DNA of 64,000 nt, from positions 248,001 through 312,000 of IMG/VR virus record IMGVR_UViG_3300028558_000791, one strand, 5' to 3'. Shown one piece after another: positions 56,814 to 64,000 of this stretch. Numbering within the stretch: position 1 is the first letter of the stretch; each line of letters begins with the position of its first letter. The translations under genes were made by a program, and so were the position numbers. The notes under the pieces are model-generated. The model was not told the origin of the DNA and made no database searches. It worked only from the letters and a program-made list of their open reading frames with translations.

Positions 56814-58909
56814 TGGCAGACAATCAGCAGGGCGTTAATATATTCGATCCACCATCTGGCATGTTACGTGCCGGATCTATAGTGGATTCATCTGGCGATG
56901 AATTTCGAGTCCAATTAACCGAAGTTCCCGCTATTAGAGGAAAAGCGCCTTCTGTTCCTATCCCACGTGTCTTTCCATTGATAGACAGTTCGGGTATGTT
57001 TATTGGATCATTGCCAGCCAAAAATACTCCAGTTACAGTCGCTCAAAGTCTAGGTGGACAATACCACTTTGTAAATTATGAGCCAGAAAATCATAACATA
57101 ATCCCTGACCTATTACCAGGTCAGTTACTTATCCGCTCAACGGATACATCTAAAATCCTATTTGATTTAGATAGCAACATTAGAATTGGCTCTGATGTAA
57201 ATAACATCCATGTTTTTGCCGGTAGTCAAAGATACCCTAAAAGTAATCTAATTACATTCAATTTTGAGAACGAAAACCATTTTACACAAGGTTATCGCCA
57301 AATTGGTGGTTTGGTTAAAAGAGATTTACATCCTAATCCACAGGCAGCATCATATAGCGGCAGTACTAAATTAGAAGATGATTCGTATGACTCTATTTAT
57401 TCATTGATTGGATTAGACCCAACTGCAACTGCTAATGATACGAGAGTTGGGCCGACTAAAAATCCTCCTTTTATTGAGCACCGTCAAATCATCTATGAGT
57501 TTCAATTACAATCTAACATAGAAGATTTGAACTCCGAGTCAAACAAATATACTACTACATCACAAGCTAAGACTAGTTTCACTACACCTAATAGGCGTAG
57601 TAGCCGTGCTGATACTATGAGTCTTAGTTCAGTCGCTCCTAATTTTTTGATTGAAGAAGTTAAAGGAACCGTAGTAGATATTTTTGGAAACATACTAGAC
57701 CTAAATAGACTTCCATTGCCAGTCGGACTTACGGCCGCCACTACATTAAGAACTAATGGTACTGTAGCAACGACCAATTCTAAAGAGTCGTATCTTAATA
57801 TTCGTGCTCTTGAGAGGAAGAGTGTTGCTTTCCATTTTGAAATTAACACTCGCAAAGACCCGAAACCAACTAATCAGGGCGTCGCTCTTGGTATCAATGA
57901 TGACAACTACAATGCCAAATTGCAGCGTAGTAGATTCTCATTTGATATTGACAAAGAAGGCCAATTCAAACTTAACGTTCCGTCATCTAGTGAGAGCGGT
58001 AACATTCCATTGCTAGTAAGACCAGAGAACTACTCTACCTTTGGAACTACTGATAGCGGCAACCCTAATCAATTGTGGTTCTTAAAGAGTGGTCAGCCAG
58101 TTAGCCAAGATATCTTCGTTGATTCTTTTGCGGCCCCTATGCTTGCACCTAGTGCGGCAGATGTGGGTTCAGATACTGCATTTCCTCATGGCTCTATTCA
58201 ACTAATAGATGGCACTAATAATAATGATGCTGGCCCACCAGATCGTATTAGTCAGTTCGTTAAAAAGAATATTATCAACATTAGACATGGCACTGTCTAT
58301 CATGATATCTTAAGAACTTGCTCATTGCACCAGGATGGTAGGACCATAGAAAACTATCAATTGCAGACTATGGAAGATCCAATTGATACTTCTTACATCA
58401 AGGATCTAACTGACATAGTAAGTACTAAGATTAAAGTTTCTGGCCAAGGTGCTAATGCTGGCGGTCGTAGCGGCTCTATTAATTTAGATGGTTCTTTAGA
58501 AATGAACATTGGAGCTAATACCATTGATAAGCAGTCACTATGGTTAGATACTGCGGGTGGCATCGTTGCTAATATCGGCAGAGATAGAAACAAAAGAAGT
58601 GCCATGGTTAATTTCGATGGCGATGTTTTTATCCAGGTTGGAGGATTTGGTGTCGCAGCCAGTGACACTAGGTTCAAAGATAAGAATGATGCTTGGATTG
58701 CCACTATGGATTTGAGAGTATTCGCTGGTGGATACGCCCATATGTTTAGGGTAGATCAATTTGGTGTTACCGTCATGACCCCGCAGACACTCAATCTATA
58801 TGGTGCACAGGGAATCAACATGAAGAGTGATGGCCCTATTTATATTGATGCGGATAACCTGTACGTAAATCACAGAATGGTTCTATTACAACCTCAGACA
58901 TCTATGTGA
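56813..58909 (+). CDS. Baseplate central spike-like protein
   Basis: Follows the hub. OB-like N-terminus; C-terminal beta-helix-like repeats (LNLYGAQGINMKSDGPIYIDAD). Confidence 0.5.
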   Translation: MADNQQGVNIFDPPSGMLRAGSIVDSSGDEFRVQLTEVPAIRGKAPSVPIPRVFPLIDSSGMFIGSLPAKNTPVTVAQSLGGQYHFVNYEPENHNIIPDLLPGQLLIRSTDTSKILFDLDSNIRIGSDVNNIHVFAGSQRYPKSNLITFNFENENHFTQGYRQIGGLVKRDLHPNPQAASYSGSTKLEDDSYDSIYSLIGLDPTATANDTRVGPTKNPPFIEHRQIIYEFQLQSNIEDLNSESNKYTTTSQAKTSFTTPNRRSSRADTMSLSSVAPNFLIEEVKGTVVDIFGNILDLNRLPLPVGLTAATTLRTNGTVATTNSKESYLNIRALERKSVAFHFEINTRKDPKPTNQGVALGINDDNYNAKLQRSRFSFDIDKEGQFKLNVPSSSESGNIPLLVRPENYSTFGTTDSGNPNQLWFLKSGQPVSQDIFVDSFAAPMLAPSAADVGSDTAFPHGSIQLIDGTNNNDAGPPDRISQFVKKNIINIRHGTVYHDILRTCSLHQDGRTIENYQLQTMEDPIDTSYIKDLTDIVSTKIKVSGQGANAGGRSGSINLDGSLEMNIGANTIDKQSLWLDTAGGIVANIGRDRNKRSAMVNFDGDVFIQVGGFGVAASDTRFKDKNDAWIATMDLRVFAGGYAHMFRVDQFGVTVMTPQTLNLYGAQGINMKSDGPIYIDADNLYVNHRMVLLQPQTSM

Positions 58910-58928
58910 AGGGATATATAAATAGACA

Positions 58929-61118
58929 ATGTGCCCTTGCAGCCCTAACGATGTTTCATTTCCGTCACCTACTGGTCCAAGTGGTCCTTCCATTCCTGGA
59001 TTTGGGCTTCCTTCTGTGTTGCCTACGCCAACTATTCCATATCCAAGTGGTTTTCCAGAAGACTTATTAAACATTATGAATACGCTGCAAATGCTCATTC
59101 CACCTGGAGCATTGAAGCCACAACTAAATCCTAATTTTGGAAAAGATATTTATGATGGAATCATGAAGCTGCTAGATCAGTTCATGCCATTCTTGATGTT
59201 GTATAAGTTCTTCTTACCAATTCTAAATCTTATTATCTGCATTATCGAGGTGCTCTGTGCTCTGATGAATCCATTTGCCCTCATCTCGGCCCTCAACAGA
59301 TTATTTACCCAGTGTATTCCAGAGTTCCTTAACCTATTTCCGATATTTGCCTTAATCTTAATGATTATTTCATTGCTACTATTATTACTAGCTTTGATTC
59401 TATACATCATTGATCAAATTTTGAAGTTCATTAAAGCGATTCTCAGAAACATCAATGCTTTAGTTAAAGCTTTCAATTCAGCCAACGCCGCCAGCGTTCT
59501 TACTATTGCTAAGAAGTTGGGCGCCCTTCTATGTATCTTTCAAAACTTGTTTGTTCTATTGTCTCTATTCACAATCATCATTCAAGTAATCAAAGATATC
59601 CTAAGCCTAATCTTCTCTATCCCACCATGCGAAGGTGGGGGACCTGGTAGTACTGATGGTTGCTGTGCAGCGACTTACTGCCCAACTATCGTTCAAGGAA
59701 ACTTCACCAATGAGACAGGTACATTCCAGTATTTACCAGAAGCCGGATACAAAACTACCATAGCTCTCGGCTCTAATTTCTTAACGTCTGATTTGCGTCA
59801 GGAAAGCTGGCAGTTGTATGATGCTAGCCAGAGTCAGCAACAAGCATTCCAAAACATTGTTAATGCGTTCGATGTTAATAGCAGTGTTGTTCCAAAACCA
59901 ATTTTCTTCCCAACAGATGCTAAGTATGATGCTACTACACCTCCAGGCCAGGCTGCATATACTATGGATTTGAAGATGTTCTATAATCCATCACAATGGA
60001 ATAGGCCGGGCACTCCAAGAAACGTTGTGTTTAAAGATTGTATCGTACTAAAAGTTCCAACTCAAGACCTATCCACTTTCAATAATGGAACGGCGACTGT
60101 ATTTACTGGCGTACTATCAATTGCTGGTGGACTTGGTTATGAAGCTGACGGCTCAACCAAGCTATTTGGATTTAAGGATAATGCTGATGGTACCCAATCT
60201 CAAACTACCGATCAGGCCACACTAAATAACTTTATCCATAAACCGGCACAATTTTCTGCCGATCCAGTGCTACAACCAACTGATGGTTACACTTTCTCTA
60301 ACATGGAATATACATTTAAACCAAACCTACCTGTATTACTACAGAAGAACTTGGTTAATATGAAGTGTATGCCAGCTATTGCTCTAAACTCTGGCTTCTT
60401 GAATAACGTTATGTTCTCTCAAGTAACATTCCAAACTGCCGCCCTATCTGATCAAGTACATGGTAGGAATGGTAGGGTCTTCCCTGATACGGCACAAGCT
60501 CAAGAATGTTTAACAACTGCTATCTCTAATTTGCGCTCTAATATGACAGTACCTGGTGTAGCTGAATTTCAAGCCACCTGTATGCTATGTTTAGATAAGC
60601 TAACTCTTGATACTAAAGATGCTATTTTTGGACTTATTGGAGTTGGATTTAATCCTTGTGAAAGTACACTAAGTATCTCTCCAACTACTCAATTTACCAC
60701 TCAACCTATTACTGTAACAGTTAACCTAAACGAAAGCAATGGACTACCAATTACTAACGGTATCCCAAGTGATGTTGCAGCTAATGTCGCTAAGAACATT
60801 AAAGCAACTCCCACTATAGGAACCATCACTCCATTTATTTATGATGGATACCAGGCATTCACGGCTAATTTATTTAGCCCAGTTCCTGGTGAAGGCCAAA
60901 TCATCGTATCGTTCCAGAATCAGGTTCTGTGTACTAACACATTAGGATCTGTTGATGGAACCGTAGCGCCACTTCACGCACTTCAGACCTTAGATTACAA
61001 TTTCGTATTCTCTCCAAGTGCACCAGACAACATCCCACTCACTGGCGATGGCGATACTACTGGCACTCAGCCACGTCGTGATGCTGGTGATACGCTTAGA
61101 GATAAGGATAGCGGCTAA
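58929..61118 (+). CDS. Baseplate-region protein with a long hydrophobic, Cys-rich N-domain
   Basis: 729 aa. MCPCSP start; IFALILMIISLLLLLLALILYII and other hydrophobic helices. Confidence 0.55.
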   Translation: MCPCSPNDVSFPSPTGPSGPSIPGFGLPSVLPTPTIPYPSGFPEDLLNIMNTLQMLIPPGALKPQLNPNFGKDIYDGIMKLLDQFMPFLMLYKFFLPILNLIICIIEVLCALMNPFALISALNRLFTQCIPEFLNLFPIFALILMIISLLLLLLALILYIIDQILKFIKAILRNINALVKAFNSANAASVLTIAKKLGALLCIFQNLFVLLSLFTIIIQVIKDILSLIFSIPPCEGGGPGSTDGCCAATYCPTIVQGNFTNETGTFQYLPEAGYKTTIALGSNFLTSDLRQESWQLYDASQSQQQAFQNIVNAFDVNSSVVPKPIFFPTDAKYDATTPPGQAAYTMDLKMFYNPSQWNRPGTPRNVVFKDCIVLKVPTQDLSTFNNGTATVFTGVLSIAGGLGYEADGSTKLFGFKDNADGTQSQTTDQATLNNFIHKPAQFSADPVLQPTDGYTFSNMEYTFKPNLPVLLQKNLVNMKCMPAIALNSGFLNNVMFSQVTFQTAALSDQVHGRNGRVFPDTAQAQECLTTAISNLRSNMTVPGVAEFQATCMLCLDKLTLDTKDAIFGLIGVGFNPCESTLSISPTTQFTTQPITVTVNLNESNGLPITNGIPSDVAANVAKNIKATPTIGTITPFIYDGYQAFTANLFSPVPGEGQIIVSFQNQVLCTNTLGSVDGTVAPLHALQTLDYNFVFSPSAPDNIPLTGDGDTTGTQPRRDAGDTLRDKDSG

Positions 61119-62980
61119 TGGCTGACGACGATACACCACAGGTCAATTTTCAGACCAATCAAAACTTTGACCTTAATATCAAGAAAATGTTCAAGCACTT
61201 TGTTTCTGGCGGTCACACGCCAGATGACAATGAAAATGAACAGAATATAGGTATTGATGATATTAGGGGTCAAATCAGTATTACCATCACTGGTACAAAA
61301 ACTGCAGATTTGATTAAAGCTCTCAACATTGATCCTTCCGCTAAAACAATTGCTGGAACTCCCAATACGACAACTCCATCTCAAACAGCTCCAGAGAGCA
61401 GGTGTCATGCTTTCTATAGGATTATTGGATTTCCAGTAATAAATTCAGACCAAAGTGATTTCTACAATCCGGGCTTTGATATTGTTATCGGTGACGATAT
61501 TGAGCGCACCGTTACTCTAGATAGAAAATTAAGAGTCGCCAAAAATATAGGGCCAAAATTCGAAGAGCTTTCACAAAAAAGAGAATCCTTTGCCGCTCAG
61601 TGCGCTAGCATTTTTTCAGTACCACAATCGGTAGAGGCGGGTGTATTATCTTTAACCTCAGGAACTTTTGGTAACAATGGTCACGTTAACAAACGTCCAT
61701 TCACCGCACCATTTAAGAATACTTCACCATTTGATTTTGATGTTGAGAATCAATCATACTCTTCACCTGGTGATATTACGGCCACTTATTGTTTAGTTGG
61801 TGAAAGAGAATTTTTCCTATCAGATTACCAAGATGTAAACGCTGATCCAGTCAATAATTTCAAGCCTAATCCAGGTTTGGGCGGATATGATATTCTATTT
61901 GGGCACAAGCATATTATAAAGCCATTTATGGTAGATCCTAGAATAGATTTTAGTATCTGGGCTGCTGAATCTAAAACATCCAGTGGTGTATCTAAAAGAA
62001 TTGCCATTCCATTTGTTTATGATGCTAGTTACTTGAAAACAAGCAGTACAGCAAATGCTGAAAGACCTTTGTTAGAGAAAATTATTAGAGACAGGTTGGC
62101 AACACCCAAAGTATCTGATTCTGGTATTTCTGTGGCTGATACGGTTACCTACATACAAGGCAACAAGAACTTACAGGGAATAACCATAGGTGGAACTACT
62201 CTTAGCAGTATTTTCAGCGGCAATGTGTATAAGCTATCCCAGCAACAAGCTTTTGCAGAATATCTATCTACTATCCGTTCATTAATGTTTAAACTAGTTG
62301 ATTCTATGAGAATCATACATGCTCGACAAGGAAGCTATTACTGGCTACCAATTCCCGCAGTGCGCGGTCCTGAGGGCGGCTGTAGTATACGAGACGTACC
62401 ACTCAGCAAGAATATTGACCCGGCTCTATTTACTATCAACGATTTTGACATCATTGAAAAGCAGGCTGGCGTTATTCTATCCAATCTAAACAGCTCATCC
62501 GTTCAGCCATCTGTTACTCCAGACGCTGGAAGTTTTGCCTTTTCTAACTACAAGCTGACCTTTGATTCTAGTACCTCAGACTCCCAGGGTAACCTAAGCA
62601 CTAGGTCACAAGATACCCTAACCAAAATTAGAACCAAGTCTTTAAAAGAGGCTTCTGAGGCTCTACAGATAATTGAAATGATTATGGGAGAGTTCAGCGG
62701 TTTGGGTCTAGCTGATATTATTGCTATTATGGGCGCTCTCTATGTTATGCCGCTCAATGATCCTGATAGCAAAGGCACCGGCAACTTACTGGGATTTTTG
62801 GATGATGATGCTGTTGTAAGAGCGGAAGAGATACTTGAACTCCCTGATAAGAGCCTACAGAACGTAAGGTCTGGAATCACTCCAGCGATGACTACTTTGT
62901 GCAATACTGTCAATGGCTTTTACCAAATTATGGACCAGATTTTCCAAGACTACTTGAACAATGCTGCTCTCAACCTTTAA
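61118..62980 (+). CDS. Hypothetical baseplate-region protein
   Basis: 620 aa, TAATG-coupled to the previous gene. Confidence 0.55.
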   Translation: MADDDTPQVNFQTNQNFDLNIKKMFKHFVSGGHTPDDNENEQNIGIDDIRGQISITITGTKTADLIKALNIDPSAKTIAGTPNTTTPSQTAPESRCHAFYRIIGFPVINSDQSDFYNPGFDIVIGDDIERTVTLDRKLRVAKNIGPKFEELSQKRESFAAQCASIFSVPQSVEAGVLSLTSGTFGNNGHVNKRPFTAPFKNTSPFDFDVENQSYSSPGDITATYCLVGEREFFLSDYQDVNADPVNNFKPNPGLGGYDILFGHKHIIKPFMVDPRIDFSIWAAESKTSSGVSKRIAIPFVYDASYLKTSSTANAERPLLEKIIRDRLATPKVSDSGISVADTVTYIQGNKNLQGITIGGTTLSSIFSGNVYKLSQQQAFAEYLSTIRSLMFKLVDSMRIIHARQGSYYWLPIPAVRGPEGGCSIRDVPLSKNIDPALFTINDFDIIEKQAGVILSNLNSSSVQPSVTPDAGSFAFSNYKLTFDSSTSDSQGNLSTRSQDTLTKIRTKSLKEASEALQIIEMIMGEFSGLGLADIIAIMGALYVMPLNDPDSKGTGNLLGFLDDDAVVRAEEILELPDKSLQNVRSGITPAMTTLCNTVNGFYQIMDQIFQDYLNNAALNL

Positions 62981-63025
62981 TCCATTGGATTGCCTAATAA
63001 TTTTGCATTACAAGGTGGAGCCGGT

Positions 63026-63457
63026 ATGTCTTTTGACCTAAAAATAGTTAACGGGGATTTGGTTGTCAGCCAAAGTGCCCTTCAGACCGTGGAAGATAGC
63101 GAAAAGCTTATCCAAGACATCCTCAAGATTTGCTTGACGGACGTAGGGGGTAATCCCATACATCCGTCATATGGTTCTTTCTTGTCGAGATCAGTAATTG
63201 GGAACGCCCAACAGACTAGTGTAGTTGTGCAAATAGCTAAGTCACAACTCAATACTTGTTTGACGAATTTGCAGTATTTGCAAACCCTACAAATGAAATC
63301 TCTACAAAAAATGACTGCAGATGAGCAACTTGCAGCAATAACAGGTATATCTGTAGTAAGAAGTGCATTTGATCCAAGACTCTTCAACGTTAAAATCAGT
63401 TGTGTGACAAAAGGATTCAAACCAATCACTACTGCTTTTAGTATCTCAACAATTTAA
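63026..63457 (+). CDS. Baseplate wedge subunit (gp25-like)
   Basis: MSFDLKIVNGDL..KLIQDILKICLT..HPSYGS..DPR. GGAG SD before ATG 63026. Confidence 0.75.
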   Translation: MSFDLKIVNGDLVVSQSALQTVEDSEKLIQDILKICLTDVGGNPIHPSYGSFLSRSVIGNAQQTSVVVQIAKSQLNTCLTNLQYLQTLQMKSLQKMTADEQLAAITGISVVRSAFDPRLFNVKISCVTKGFKPITTAFSISTI

Positions 63458-63466
63458 GGATAGCTT

Positions 63467-64000
63467 ATGGTCACAATAAGGTCAGTAAATGAAATTATTG
63501 CCAACCTGATAGACTTTTTCAGAATGGCACAACCTAACCTGGACACTAAACCAGGTACTGTGGCTAGAGATCTGTTTATCGAAGGTCCATCATCTCAATT
63601 ATCCATTCTGTATGATGAGTTACAAGGTGTCTCTAATAAGCAGTCGCTAAGACTATCTATCGGAACAGATTTAGATAAACTGGGCAAAAACTTTGGGTTA
63701 ATTAGAAAGCAGTCTACTCCATCAACAGGTGTGGCTCTATTAACGTTCTCTTCCTTAAATTCCACTATTAATGTCAATAAGGGCTCTTCTATCTTTACAT
63801 CGGGTGGTTTAGGATTCACTGTGGTCAATGGTATTTCTATTGTTCCATCCAATATCAATTTCTATCGCTCAGTCGCCAGTAAGTTCGCTGCCCAACTTGC
63901 TTTCGTAGGAATCACAGACCAATACGCTGTTGAAGTTACGGTTATCGCCTCTGCTCCAGGTTCATCTGGAAACATTGGCCAATATACGCTATCTAAAATC
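63467..64000 (+). CDS. Baseplate J/gp6-like wedge protein (5' part, truncated by the window)
   Basis: Not in the ORF track. Reads MVTIRSVNEIIANLIDFF..DTKPGTVARDLFIE..GTDLDKLGKNFGLIRK, open to the window end, SD AAGGA. Confidence 0.8.
   Translation, partial: MVTIRSVNEIIANLIDFFRMAQPNLDTKPGTVARDLFIEGPSSQLSILYDELQGVSNKQSLRLSIGTDLDKLGKNFGLIRKQSTPSTGVALLTFSSLNSTINVNKGSSIFTSGGLGFTVVNGISIVPSNINFYRSVASKFAAQLAFVGITDQYAVEVTVIASAPGSSGNIGQYTLSKI

Noticed and set aside
290-63858. Numerous short antisense or overlapping ORFs in the track (e.g. 290..652, 10298..11014, 35834..36274, 43361..43807, 63595..63858)
   Set aside because: They are shadows of longer, motif-bearing genes, with no SD or recognisable domains.
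1-64000. Alternative genetic code (stop-codon reassignment) as in some jumbo phages
   Set aside because: ORFs are long and tile the window under code 11, and TAA and TGA both act as stops at gene boundaries.
43761-64000. Extracellular contractile injection system or tailocin
   Set aside because: A major capsid protein, head module and G/GT-type chaperone are in the same locus, indicating a true phage.

Overview
This is the virion morphogenesis region of a large contractile-tailed (myovirus-like, probably jumbo) bacteriophage. It is AT-rich, densely coding, almost all on the + strand, and uses the standard code. Gene order: capsid-decoration paralog; five putative internal head/ejection proteins; second decoration paralog; HK97-fold major capsid protein (MCP); RelA/SpoT-like synthetase converging on a CCA-adding enzyme; repeat-rich fibre proteins; LamG protein; two tandem patatins; collagen/HNH/cold-shock accessory block; neck proteins interleaved with a 2H phosphoesterase and an HExxH peptidase; fibres and a holin-like gene; sheath; tube; tail assembly chaperone with a -1 frameshift; tape measure; baseplate genes (last one truncated). 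No terminase, portal, tRNA, CRISPR or integrase is visible. The most notable observations are: (1) a DGY tripeptide strongly enriched in, and restricted to, predicted outer virion proteins, a candidate modification sequon or docking motif; (2) the synthetase plus CCA enzyme next to the MCP gene; (3) a GNRA-capped three-way-junction RNA and a shared TGTAAGTAAC box in capsid gene leaders; (4) two recurrent phage promoter-like motifs; (5) a recurring K-x-A motif in head proteins. All calls come from motif reading and synteny; no database search was run.
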